A stretch of DNA of 64,000 bases from contig CAVXPZ010000001.1 in assembly GCA_963763775.1 (NCBI GenBank), positions 128,001 to 192,000 on the forward strand, given 5' to 3'. A program made the position numbers and the translations under genes. Under the pieces are notes generated by a model. That model ran no database searches. It was not told the origin of the DNA and saw nothing but the letters and a program-made list of their open reading frames with translations. Origin of the DNA: an uncultured Chloroflexia bacterium. Its GTDB lineage: Bacteria > Chloroflexota > Limnocylindria > Limnocylindrales > CSP1-4. This document shows, in pieces, positions 32,010 to 41,728 of this stretch. The number at the start of each line of letters is the position of its first letter. Positions within the stretch are counted from its first letter, which is position 1.

Positions 32010-32846
32010 ATGGACCAGACATCGTCCGATCAGGCGCCATCGACGGCCGTGCCCACGGCCGCGACATCCGCCAGCGCCGCACACATGAACCCGGCGACCG
32101 CGCCGAACCTGAGCGAGCCGGCCCGCGGCTTCCTCATCGAGCTGACACATGCGATGCAGCATGCGGCCGAGCAGCAGCGCGAGGCGACCAATACCGAGGT
32201 CGAGGCCATGACGGCCGCCCACCTCGAGCGGGTTCGCGCCCGAGCGGCTGCCGAGGCCGAAGAGCTTCGGCGCATGGCGCAGACCGACATCGACGGCATC
32301 CACGCGTGGCAGCAGACGGAGGCCGAGCGCATCCGCGCGGAAGCCGAGCGCCGGATCGTGGCCCGCGGCGAGGAGCTCGACAGCTACCTCGTCCGGCACG
32401 CCGCGATCATCGACGGCGAAGTCGAGCAGATCGAGGGCGCGGTGGCCACCTACCAGATGCGACTCGATGAGTACTTCGACACGCTGACGACCGAGAGCAG
32501 TCCCGCGGAGATCGCCCGGCTCGCCGACGAGATCCCCGAGCCGCCGGACCTCGCGAAGGTCGCCGGTGCCGCCCGTGCCCAGGCGGTGGCCGCGATCGTC
32601 GCCGAGGACGACGACGACTCGTTCAGTCCGACGGCCCCGGGGCCCCAGCTCGTCCCGGTGATGGCATCGAACGGCGCCAATGGCAACGGCGGCAATGGGG
32701 CCAACGGCGAGCACTCGAACCCGGCGATCCGCCTGCTTCGCTCGCTCGCGACGCTCGCGACGCCCGTCGACGCGAAGGTGGAAGGGAACGGCGAGACCGC
32801 GAAGGTCGAGCCGGTCGTCGCGCCCGCCGAGGCCGCGAAGGACTGA
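32010..32846 (+). CDS. Coiled-coil hypothetical protein
   Basis: Ala/Glu/Arg heptads; RBS; TACTAT -10 at about 31978. Confidence 0.7.
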   Translation: MDQTSSDQAPSTAVPTAATSASAAHMNPATAPNLSEPARGFLIELTHAMQHAAEQQREATNTEVEAMTAAHLERVRARAAAEAEELRRMAQTDIDGIHAWQQTEAERIRAEAERRIVARGEELDSYLVRHAAIIDGEVEQIEGAVATYQMRLDEYFDTLTTESSPAEIARLADEIPEPPDLAKVAGAARAQAVAAIVAEDDDDSFSPTAPGPQLVPVMASNGANGNGGNGANGEHSNPAIRLLRSLATLATPVDAKVEGNGETAKVEPVVAPAEAAKD

Positions 32847-32894
32847 CCGAGGCCGCGGAGCCCCGACCGACCGGGCCGCGCCCCGGACCGACGG

Positions 32895-33668
32895 TCAGCG
32901 ACCCCGTCGGGCCCAGCGTTCCGACGTGAGCCCGATCGGCCCGGAAGCGCGCGCTGGGCCGATGGGCCGCAACCGGCCCGTCATCCAGTCCCGATACCAG
33001 GGCGACCAGGTCCGCGCGGGCGCCCGTCCCGTGCCTCGCCCGTCGTGATAGTCCGCGTACGAGCGGCCGAACGGCGGCTCGTCGGCCGAACGTGTCGACG
33101 TGAAGTCCCCGGCATCGTGCAGGCTCGGCAGCATCGTTTCGTCGACCCCGAGCGACCGGTACACGGACTCGACCTGGTGCAACCACTCGTGGACGTACCC
33201 CTGCGCCGGATCGGGGTCGGTCGCCAGCGTCGGCCAGTGGTCCGTGGAGATCGAGCTGAACCCGGCCCCGAACGTCGCCTCACCCGGACCGAGCGTGCAG
33301 CCCCAGCCGCACTGCGGCACGGCGGGATCGCCCGGCCACAGCGCATAGATCGAGTCGTAGCGGTCCGGCGCGACGTAGGTCTCGATCTCCTCGCGGCACT
33401 CGCGCGGGCCGACCCACCAGCGCCCGCCGCCGCTCGAGGACAGCGACCGGATCGGCCGGCGGACCTCGATCACGTCGAGCGGGGTCATCGTCGCCAGCCC
33501 CTCGCTCCAGGCCTCGACGGTCGCCGGCAGCCCTTCGAGGACACGCTCCACCGCGGCTCGCTCATCGCGCGCCATGACCCGCCGCGCGTGGCCGCGCCGG
33601 AGGCCCGATCCGTACTTGGCGTCCATCACCGGGTACAGGAGGACGAGCGTGCGCCAGGTCGACGTCAT
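32895..33668 (-). CDS. Hypothetical protein with HEXXH (putative zinc metallopeptidase)
   Basis: GYVHEWLHQVE followed by SLHD; leaderless TACCCT -10. Confidence 0.6.
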   Translation of the reverse strand: MTSTWRTLVLLYPVMDAKYGSGLRRGHARRVMARDERAAVERVLEGLPATVEAWSEGLATMTPLDVIEVRRPIRSLSSSGGGRWWVGPRECREEIETYVAPDRYDSIYALWPGDPAVPQCGWGCTLGPGEATFGAGFSSISTDHWPTLATDPDPAQGYVHEWLHQVESVYRSLGVDETMLPSLHDAGDFTSTRSADEPPFGRSYADYHDGRGTGRAPARTWSPWYRDWMTGRLRPIGPARASGPIGLTSERWARRGR

Positions 33669-33698
33669 CGGCTCAGGGTAGCCTGCTAGCATCGGGCG

Positions 33699-34639
33699 AT
33701 GCCCACCTCGAAGCCCCGGACGAAGGCGACGACCGCGGCGAGCACCAAGGGGACCGACGCCCCGGGGCCGCTCGTCAGCGTCGACTGGCTGGCAGCCCAT
33801 CTCGAGGACCCGGACGTCCGACTGGTCCACGTCTCGCCCGACCGGCGCGTCTACAACAAGCGCCACATCGCCGGTGCCGCCTACAGCGACCTCCACAAGG
33901 AGCTGGCCCTCAAGGGCACGGCGCCCGAGACCGGCGATGCCGAGCGTGAGTGGCTGGTTCCCGCGGCCGACCTGGTCGCCAACGTCCTTCGGCGATGGCG
34001 CGTGGGCGATGGCGACCGGATCGTCTTCTACGACGACGTCGGGCTCAACCGCCAGGCGATCCGCGGCTACTGGCTGTTGCGGCTCTACCGCTTCCCGGCG
34101 GATCGGCTGCACATCCTCGACGGCGGCATCGACGCCTGGCGGCGCGCCGGCCACGCGACCACCACCGATGTGCCCGAGGCGGATCTCGCGGACGGCCTCC
34201 GCCGACCGGCGACGCTCGGCGAGCGCGACGACTCGCTGATCGCGACCTACGACGAGGTCCTGGCGTGGAGTGACGAAGCCGCTGCCGGGCCGGATGCCCC
34301 GACGCAGGCTCCTCGACGTGCGGACCGCGGGCGAGTACGTGGGCACGGATCTGCGAGCCCGTCGAGGCGGGCACATCCCGGGCGCGCGGCAGCGGCTCTT
34401 CTCGGATCTGCTGACCGACGAGGGCACGTTCCGTCCCGTCGACGAGATGCTGTCGCTGGTGCGTGCCTCCGGCGCCGATCCGGCGCAGATCCGCGCGACC
34501 TACTGCCAGGGTGGCGTCCGCGCCGCGCTCGTGTGGTTCGTGCTCCACGAGCTGGCCGGCTTCGACGGCCGTGCGGAGCTACGCGGGCTCGTGGGAGGAG
34601 TGGGGCAACCGCCCCGACAGCCCGATCGAGGCGCCCTAG
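33699..34639 (+). CDS. Tandem rhodanese sulfurtransferase (SseA/TST-like; two frameshifts)
   Basis: LVSVDWL, HIAGA, LDGG, GHIPGA, YCQGGVRA and Y.GSWEEW. Confidence 0.88.
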
Positions 34640-34691
34640 CCTGGCGCCCCTCACGGAACGGTCGGCTCACTCCGGCCGAGCGGTCGCCTCG

Positions 34692-34700
34692 TGCTATCCT
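34692..34700 (+). promoter_or_regulatory. Extended -10 promoter for tRNA-Asn
   Basis: TG-C-TATCCT about 70 nt upstream of the tRNA. Confidence 0.45.
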
Positions 34701-34771
34701 GTCGCGCGGCGCCGACTCGGCGCCCATCACGCGAGCGATCCCGGCCACGCGCCCGGGGTCCCGCGTCTCGC

Positions 34772-34846
34772 TCCGGCGTAGCTCAGTGGTAGAGCGGGCG
34801 GCTGTTAACCGCTTGGTCGTAGGTTCGAGTCCTACCGCCGGAGCCA
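34772..34846 (+). tRNA. tRNA-Asn (GTT)
   Basis: Acceptor TCCGGCG/CGCCGGA, D arm TAGCTCAGTGGTAGAGC, anticodon loop CTGTTAA, GGTTCGAGTCC and encoded CCA. Confidence 0.97.
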
Positions 34847-35689
34847 TTCCCCTTCTGGCTGGCGATCGAGGGCACCTGGCGTGGGTGCCTCGTGGCGCAG
34901 GCCACCAAGCGCCACGAGTGTGACGGCGATGCACGCCGCAAGTACGTTCCGGATGATCCAGGAGTTGTCGGTGTCGACGCCGGCCATGATCGGGGCCACC
35001 CCGTTGAGCGCGGCGTGGAACAGGGCGGTCATGAGGACGCTGCCGCCCGTCCCGACATAGATCCAGGTCAGCAGGATCGAATACGAGAAGATGCTCAGCA
35101 CCATGGGCCAGGCCGCGAGGTCGCCATACCACTGGCCGGGCAGGAACAGGAACCCGTGGATGAGGGCCCACGGGATCGCGAGGAGGAGCCCTGCCCGCAG
35201 CGGCGACATCGAAGACATGAGCCTGGGCAAGGCGAACCCGCGCCAGGCAAGTTCCTCAGCGAAGGCCGGGATCAGCACGACGATCGGGACGATCAGGACC
35301 GCCGGAAAGGCGGCATCGAACAGCCCGCCGGAGGGTTCGCCGAGCCCGACCGCGACCGCGACAGTGGCGAGGCTCCAGAGGAGCGGTATCGCCAGGACGA
35401 GATACCAGCGGCGATCGGACGGCCGGATCACCAGTGAGTGAAGGAGCGTTGGCAGGGCGCCATGTCCCTCGCGCCATGCAAGGGTCAGCGCGATGACGAG
35501 GGGGCCGATCGCGAGGATGAACGGAAGGAACGCGGTCGGAACGCCGACGACGACGGCCCCGCCGCCAAGGGCGAGGCTGAGTCCGACGAACCAGGCGACC
35601 TCTATCGATCCCTCCTGGCGCGTGGCATCGGATGGGACCGGGGGGTCGATGGTCGTGTCTGGACGGGCGCGCGCGCTGGTGATCGTCAT
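34832..35689 (-). CDS. CPBP/Abi intramembrane glutamic endopeptidase
   Basis: AEELAWRG, WALIH and ALFHAALN. Confidence 0.88.
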   Translation of the reverse strand: MTITSARARPDTTIDPPVPSDATRQEGSIEVAWFVGLSLALGGGAVVVGVPTAFLPFILAIGPLVIALTLAWREGHGALPTLLHSLVIRPSDRRWYLVLAIPLLWSLATVAVAVGLGEPSGGLFDAAFPAVLIVPIVVLIPAFAEELAWRGFALPRLMSSMSPLRAGLLLAIPWALIHGFLFLPGQWYGDLAAWPMVLSIFSYSILLTWIYVGTGGSVLMTALFHAALNGVAPIMAGVDTDNSWIIRNVLAACIAVTLVALGGLRHEAPTPGALDRQPEGEWLRR

Positions 35690-35812
35690 GGCTGGGTCTC
35701 CGAGTCCGTCGGGCTGTCCGACGCTGAGGCCAGCCTGCTCGCCGAACCCATGTGGCCCAACGGGGCTCCCCCTCGGATGAGGCTCAGGGCTCACCCGGAG
35801 CGGGTCGGCACC

Positions 35813-36337
35813 TCACCCTCGCTGGCCGTCGACCGTCATCTCGTACGCCTCGATCGGGATCCATGACTCGCCGTCGAGGGTGTACTCGTTCCGCCACGTC
35901 GCGTGGGTCGGATCGCGGAGGATCCAGGTAAGTCGGATCCGCGGGAGCGTTGCCGAAATGGACTCGTAGATGAGCCGGTCGCCCTCGATGCGGCCGCGGT
36001 AGAGCGCCATGTTCGGGCCGTTGTTGTCGGCGCTGGTCGCGCGGTACTCCCCGGCGCCGCGGTCCCAACCCGTGACCCAGTGGAGCTGCCAGCGCAGCAC
36101 GAACGTGCCGTCGGTCAGCGCCTGGTCCTGCTCGAAGTCGCCGGCGATCCAGAGGCCGCCCTGGATCGGCCGACACGTGGCGCGACCCGTCCCGACCATC
36201 TCGGGGGAGCCGGGTCCCATGCCGCCCGCCTGGATCGTGCCGCTCCAGACCCAGTCGCGATAGAAGGGGGCGAGGGCCGACATCTCTGGGCCGGGCTCGG
36301 CCGAGCGGGGCAGGGCCGCCATCGTCTCGGTGGTCAT
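35813..36337 (-). CDS. DUF1579-like protein
   Basis: W.W.G, GGLWI and GWD....Y....DN beta-barrel pattern; AAGGAG RBS. Confidence 0.65.
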   Translation of the reverse strand: MTTETMAALPRSAEPGPEMSALAPFYRDWVWSGTIQAGGMGPGSPEMVGTGRATCRPIQGGLWIAGDFEQDQALTDGTFVLRWQLHWVTGWDRGAGEYRATSADNNGPNMALYRGRIEGDRLIYESISATLPRIRLTWILRDPTHATWRNEYTLDGESWIPIEAYEMTVDGQRG

Positions 36338-36492
36338 CACGGTCTCCTTGCGCATGGATCGTCACCGTGAATCCAACGACGCGGAGCCCGTCGCCGACAT
36401 GAGCCGTTCGGCCTCGATGGACGGGCAGGTCGGCCTCCCGGAGGTCCGCCTGGACCGACCCGGGATCAGCAGCGCAGCGACACATCCCTGCC

Positions 36493-36540
36493 GATATCTG
36501 ACGACACTCCTAGACATCAGCGCCATGAGTGACGGATACT
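36493..36540 (+). promoter_or_regulatory. mod operon promoter with an inverted repeat over the -35
   Basis: TAGACA(36511)-N18-GATACT(36535), 7 nt before ATG; GATATCT-N12-AGACATC repeat. Confidence 0.45.
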
Positions 36541-36547
36541 CCGCGGT

Positions 36548-36985
36548 ATGGTCCACGTCCCCGAGCTCGTCCCCACGCGTCTTCGCGTCGGCCAGGCTGC
36601 CGAGATGCTCGGCGTCTCCGTCGAGACGCTCCGTCGGTGGGAGACCGACGGCCGACTCACGATGGAGCGGTCCGATGGCGGTCAGCGACTCGTCTCGATC
36701 GACGAAGTCTCGAGATTGCTCGCGGAGCGGCGGAAGGCGGCGACCGACCGCCCGATCGTCGCGCAGTCGGCGCGCAACCGCTTCCCTGGGATCGTCACGA
36801 GGATCGAGGCGGACCGAGTCGCCGCGGTCGTGGAGGTCATCGCGGGACCACATCGGATGGTCAGCCTCATGACGGCAGAGGCCGTCGAGGAGATGGGCCT
36901 GAAGGTCGGCGACGAAGCCGTCTGCGTCGTCAAGGCGACGAACGTCATCGTCGAGGTCCCGTCGTCCAAGGAGTCCCGAGGATGA
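36548..36985 (+). CDS. MerR/excisionase-like HTH plus TOBE molybdate-binding regulator
   Basis: VGQAAEMLGVSVETLRRW, SARNRFPG and VKATNV. Confidence 0.9.
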   Translation: MVHVPELVPTRLRVGQAAEMLGVSVETLRRWETDGRLTMERSDGGQRLVSIDEVSRLLAERRKAATDRPIVAQSARNRFPGIVTRIEADRVAAVVEVIAGPHRMVSLMTAEAVEEMGLKVGDEAVCVVKATNVIVEVPSSKESRG

Positions 36986-37850
36986 GATCCCGCCTCGTCG
37001 TCCTCATCGGCGTCCTGCTGCTCGTCCTCGCCGCGTGTTCGAGCAGCGGCTCGACGTCCGCGCCGAGCAGTGCGGCTTCCGCGGCTGGGCCGACCACCGC
37101 CCCGTCGGTCGCGCCCGCCTCGCCGTCGGCGGCGGCCGTCGACCTGACGGTCTTCGGGGCCGCCTCGCTCAAGGGCGCCCTCGCGGACGCCAAGACCGCC
37201 TACGAGGCAGCGAACCCCGGCGTGACGCTCACGGTCTCGACGGACGCCTCGTCGGCGCTCGCGGCGCAGATCGAGCAGGCCGCGCCCGCCGACGTCTTCC
37301 TCTCGGCCGACACGAAGAACCCGCAGGCACTGGTCGACAAGGGCCTGGCCAACGGGCCGATCACGCCGTTCGCCGACAACATGCTGATCGTCATCGTGCC
37401 GACCAACGACCCCGCCGGCATCACGTCGCCGAAGGACCTCGCCAAGAAGGGCGTCAAGATCATCGCGGCCGGCGACGAGGTGCCGATCACGAAGTACGCG
37501 AACCAGCTGGTCGACAACCTCGCGAAGCAGCCCGGCTACCCGGCCGACTTCGCGGCGTCCTATCACGCCAACATCGTGTCCAAGGAGGACAACGTGAAGG
37601 CGGTCGTCGCGAAGCTCGAGCTCGGCGAGGGCGATGCCGGCGATCGTGTACGTCACCGATGCGAACGCGTCCGGCAAGGTCGGCACGGTCCCGGTGCCCG
37701 ATGACGCGAACGTCCTCGCGACCTACGCGGGCGCGGTGGTCACGGCGTCCAAGGAGCAGGACGCGGCGAACGCGTTCCTCACGTGGTTCGCCGGGCCCGT
37801 GGGCCAGGCGATCCTCAAGACCTACGGATTCCTCCCAGACGTCGCGATGA
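36982..37850 (+). CDS. modA: Molybdate ABC transporter substrate-binding lipoprotein (frameshifted)
   Basis: Lipobox LAAC, GAASL, APADVFLSAD, GEGDA/IVYVTD and YGF. Confidence 0.88.
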
Positions 37851-38728
37851 GCATGGGTGCGGCCGACGATCGGACCGGATCGCCGGCGGTGCCAGCCCGG
37901 TCGAAGGCCGTCGCGTGGCATCCCGGGCGATGGGGCGAACGCACGGTCACGACGGTGGCCGTGCTGTTCGCCCTGTTCCTCGGCCTGCCGGTGCTCACGC
38001 TGGTGGTCCGGGCGGTCTTCAACGGGTCGCTGGCCGTCGCCCTCGCGTCGCCGGCCGTCCTGGATGCGTTGTGGCTGAGCCTCCTCACGACGTCGATCAG
38101 CCTCGTGATCACGGTCGTGTTGGGCCTGCCGTTGGCCTTCACCCTGGCCCGCCGGGAGTTCCGGGGGAAGGGGATCATGGAGACGGTCGTCGACCTGCCG
38201 ATCGTGCTCCCGCCGTCGGTCGCGGGGCTCGCCCTCCTCCTGGTGTTCGGGCGTCGAGGCCTGCTGTCGGCCCCGTTCGAGTTCCTCGGCATCTCCGTGC
38301 CGTTCACGACGATCGCGGTCATCCTCGCGATGGTCTTCGTGTCGGCGCCGTTCTTCATCCGTTCGGCCCGGACCGGGATCGCCGGGGTGGAGCGTGACCT
38401 CGAGGACGCGGCACGCGTCGACGGCGCCTCGGAACGACAGCTGTTCCGGTCGATCACATTGCCGCTGGCGGGCACGGCTCTCGCTGCCGGGCTCGTCATG
38501 ACCTGGGCCCGGTCGCTCGGGGAGTTCGGGGCGACGATCATGTTCGCGGGCAACGTCCAGGGCCGGACGCAGACACTGCCGCTCGTCGTGTACAGCGAGT
38601 TCCAGGGCGGGGGACTGGATGCCTCGATCGCGGCGGCCGCCATCCTCGTCCTCGCGGCCTTCGGCGTGCTCCTGGCCGTCCGCGTCTTCCACTGGGGCCG
38701 CGCGGTCGACATGCGGGGGATCGCCTGA
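37847..38728 (+). CDS. modB: Molybdate ABC transporter permease
   Basis: DLPIVLPPSVAGLALL, EAA loop LEDAARVDGA and RSLGEFGATIMFAGN. Confidence 0.92.
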   Translation: MSMGAADDRTGSPAVPARSKAVAWHPGRWGERTVTTVAVLFALFLGLPVLTLVVRAVFNGSLAVALASPAVLDALWLSLLTTSISLVITVVLGLPLAFTLARREFRGKGIMETVVDLPIVLPPSVAGLALLLVFGRRGLLSAPFEFLGISVPFTTIAVILAMVFVSAPFFIRSARTGIAGVERDLEDAARVDGASERQLFRSITLPLAGTALAAGLVMTWARSLGEFGATIMFAGNVQGRTQTLPLVVYSEFQGGGLDASIAAAAILVLAAFGVLLAVRVFHWGRAVDMRGIA

Positions 38729-38757
38729 CGGCAAATGGAGCCGCTGCGGTGCGGCCC

Positions 38758-39428
38758 CTAGGCGAAGACGTTCACCGCGCGGGCGATGACGAGGCCGACG
38801 AGGACGAACGAGATGAGCGCCTGCGACGCCATCGCGATCTTCGCCCACGGCGCGAGCGGGAGCGTGTCCGTCGGGCTGAAGGCGTTGGCCGTCGTGAACC
38901 CGATGTAGAGGTAGTCGATGAACTGCGGCCGCCAGTCGGGCGGCGCCAGCTCCGGGTTCATGAGCTGCGGGAACGCGAAGTCGGGGTGCTCGGGCAGCCC
39001 GTAGGCGCGCGCCGCCGGTCCGCCGCCGTCGAATTGCCAGTACAGCAGGGCGAAGGCCACGTTGTTGGTCAACCAGACCTTGGCACCGGCCATCAAGCAG
39101 CGGTACGGCCTCGTTGGTGATCGCCCCGCCCGTCACGAGGTTGTAGCCGAGGACCGCCGTCCCGAGCAGGGCGCCGCCGACGAGGACCGCCACGAGCATG
39201 GCGCCGAGGATGGTCAACCGCCGCGACCGGCGATCGATCCGGCCTGGGTCGCCGATGATCAGGGCCGCCAGCAGCACGGCCTCCAGGATGGCGATGCCCT
39301 CGACGATGCAGGACGTACTCGCGGTTCGGCGCCGCGGCCGTGGCGAGGATGAGCAGCGAGACCGCGGTCGCCATCGGCCATCGCGGCTCGGCGATCACAT
39401 GTTGAGGCAGGCGAGTGTCGTCGGTCAC
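38758..39428 (-). CDS. DUF1345-like membrane protein (frameshifted)
   Basis: EPRWP, DPGRIDRRS, FALLYW.FDGGG, WRPQFIDYLY and AFSPTD. Confidence 0.75.
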
Positions 39429-39479
39429 GCGGCCATTCTGCGACCTGGCGACCCGCCGGGTCGGGCCGTCGCGGCTCCG

Positions 39480-40562
39480 CTAGCGCTGGCCGCGAGCGAA
39501 GAGGCCCGTGCGTGACCGGCGCACGACCGCCGTCGGAGCAGCGCCGAACGACGCGCTGACCGCCGGGACCTGGACCGGGCGGCCGGGAAGGAGGCCGCCG
39601 ACCATGGCGATGGCACCACCGAAGCCGACGGCGACGGCGCCGGGCCCGACGGCACCGATCGCAGGCGGGATCAGCTGGGCCATGTCCAGCCTGATGGCAC
39701 CGATCAGCCAGACCGACAGTGTCGCCAGACCCATCCCAGCCGCGATCGCCAAACCGCGCCGCCAACCGGCCGGACCGCGGGCGCCCAGCCGGGCCATACC
39801 CGCGACGGCGAGGATCGTTCCCATGACGAGTGTCACCCCGCCGTCGGTCAGCATGTGATCCTGGCCGTACAGGCCATCGAGATCCACCGTTCCATATGTC
39901 GGCAACGTGACTGTCGCCCACGGGACGAACGTCGCGACAACCACCATCGCGGCGCCGATGAGCGTGATGATCGACGGCGAGACATTGGTCAGTCTCCTGC
40001 TCGACGGACGGCCTGCCTCGGACGAGGGCCCGTTCGTACCGGGTCTGACGACGAAGGACGGTTCGGTCGCCGGGAACGGCGTTCCGGTCCACGCCGGCCC
40101 CGCCGGGCCGACGACGGCGATGAAGGGGCCAGCAGGCGACGCGGGAGATGCCGGCGGGATCCCCATGAGCAACGGGATCAGGAGGCCGATGACCGCCCCG
40201 GCCGCCCCGGTATCGCCCGCGGTCTCTGCGGCCAGCACCACCGGATGCAGCAGCGACAGCGGGGCAGCGGAGACCGCGAAGATGGCGAGCCACGGGTTGC
40301 GCCGGAAAGCCGCGAGCAGTCGCTTGATCGAACCTGGTGTCACCCGCTCGAGCCACCCCGGGAGCGACCAGAGGAAGAGGAGGAGGGCCGTCCAGGCCGC
40401 GCCACCCCATGCGTCGAACGCGAGGAGGAAGCCGACGATCAGCCCGATCTGCACGCCGACCGGGGTCGCAGACCATCGCCGGATCCCACGCGCGCCGGCA
40501 CGCTCGATCGCACCGATGCCGCGGGCGATGCGTCGGACCATGGCCCTCATGGCTCCGACCAT
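39480..40562 (-). CDS. Hypothetical membrane protein
   Basis: Multiple TM segments including ATFVPWATV; start uncertain. Confidence 0.5.
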   Translation of the reverse strand: MVGAMRAMVRRIARGIGAIERAGARGIRRWSATPVGVQIGLIVGFLLAFDAWGGAAWTALLLFLWSLPGWLERVTPGSIKRLLAAFRRNPWLAIFAVSAAPLSLLHPVVLAAETAGDTGAAGAVIGLLIPLLMGIPPASPASPAGPFIAVVGPAGPAWTGTPFPATEPSFVVRPGTNGPSSEAGRPSSRRLTNVSPSIITLIGAAMVVVATFVPWATVTLPTYGTVDLDGLYGQDHMLTDGGVTLVMGTILAVAGMARLGARGPAGWRRGLAIAAGMGLATLSVWLIGAIRLDMAQLIPPAIGAVGPGAVAVGFGGAIAMVGGLLPGRPVQVPAVSASFGAAPTAVVRRSRTGLFARGQR

Positions 40563-40614
40563 CTCACGCCGGCCGGCACCGGCAAGTCCTACGTTGGTAC
40601 CACCTCGCCTGGCT

Positions 40615-41628
40615 TCACGCGCGCGGGTCCACGTGGATCTTGGGTCCCGGACCGGCGGTCGTCGGTCGTCTGCCTGCCAGCACGTCCGTGACCTGGTCCA
40701 GGCCGACGGTCGCGGCGACCAGCGGGCGTGGGTCCACGGCGCCCGACGCGTAGCGCTCGATCGTGCCGTCGAGTCCCGGTGAGCCACTCAGGATGCCGAC
40801 GACGGTCACATCCTTGAGCGCCACGATCCGCGTGTCGATCTGGCTGGGCGTCCCGGCGAGGCCGATGTAGACCACCCGCTTGCCAGGCTCGACCAGGTCG
40901 AGCGCCAGGGCCGGGAGAGACGGGTCGTTCGAGGCGTCGATGACCGCGTCGAAGGCGAGGTCGGGCACCGTATCCGCGGACCAGACGCCGCCGAGCCCGA
41001 GCGACCGCGCGAAGGCCAGCGACCGAGCCGAACGACCCATGACGTGGACGTCGGCGCCGGCCGCGACCGCGAACCACGCGGCCAGCAACCCGATGGCCCC
41101 CGCGCCGAGGATCAGGACGCGGTCTCCGGCTGCGAGATCGGCGGCAAGGACGGCCCGGAGGGCATTCGCTCCCGGCTCGACCAGCGCCCCGGCTGCGTCA
41201 TCCACGGCGTCCGGCAGGGGATGCAGGGCGGTCACGGGCACGGCGAGCTGCTCCGCGAGCGCCCCGGGGCGGCCCCCCCGGATGCCGATCTCGGACCGGT
41301 CCGCGCACAGGTGGCCCCGGCCGTCGCGGCACCGGGCGCACCGATGACAGGGGAGCATCGTGTCGCCGGTCGTCCGCCGACCGATCCATGCCGGGTCCAC
41401 GCCGCCGCCGACCGCGCTCACGGTCCCGCTCCATTCGTGGCCGAGCCGCATGGGGTACGAGGCATGTCCCTGGTGGAGGTACGCCATGTCGCCGGTGAAG
41501 AACTCGACGTCGGTCCCGCACAGGCCGACTCGCGCGACGTCGATGACGACCTCGCCGGGGTTCGCCGCCGGCGGATCGACCTCCTCCACACCGGCACGAC
41601 CCGGCCCCGTGACGACGAACGCGCGCAC
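40615..41628 (-). CDS. Zinc-binding alcohol dehydrogenase (MDR)
   Basis: GLCGTD, GHEWSG, CxxCxxC-x7-C and GAGAIG. Confidence 0.92.
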   Translation of the reverse strand: MRAFVVTGPGRAGVEEVDPPAANPGEVVIDVARVGLCGTDVEFFTGDMAYLHQGHASYPMRLGHEWSGTVSAVGGGVDPAWIGRRTTGDTMLPCHRCARCRDGRGHLCADRSEIGIRGGRPGALAEQLAVPVTALHPLPDAVDDAAGALVEPGANALRAVLAADLAAGDRVLILGAGAIGLLAAWFAVAAGADVHVMGRSARSLAFARSLGLGGVWSADTVPDLAFDAVIDASNDPSLPALALDLVEPGKRVVYIGLAGTPSQIDTRIVALKDVTVVGILSGSPGLDGTIERYASGAVDPRPLVAATVGLDQVTDVLAGRRPTTAGPGPKIHVDPRA

Positions 41629-41728
41629 GACCCCTCGGACCTTCGGCGCAGGCGCCCGACATCGACGATGCCCGGCGCGCGATGATGTCCGCGAGGATAG
41701 CCGGTCGGTCGGACAGGAAGACGGTGGC

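Noticed and set aside
35791-35807. Sixth island-operator copy (TCACCC-GGAGC-GGGTCG)
   Set aside because: The right half-site lacks TGA and the flanks do not match; too weak without a PWM score.
36344-36359. Fourth parS-like site CTCCTTGCGCATGGAT
   Set aside because: Four mismatches to the 16-mer, 19 kb away, and explained by an RBS on the minus strand.
34772-36400. Integrative element at tRNA-Asn
   Set aside because: No integrase and no duplicated tRNA 3' end seen in the window.
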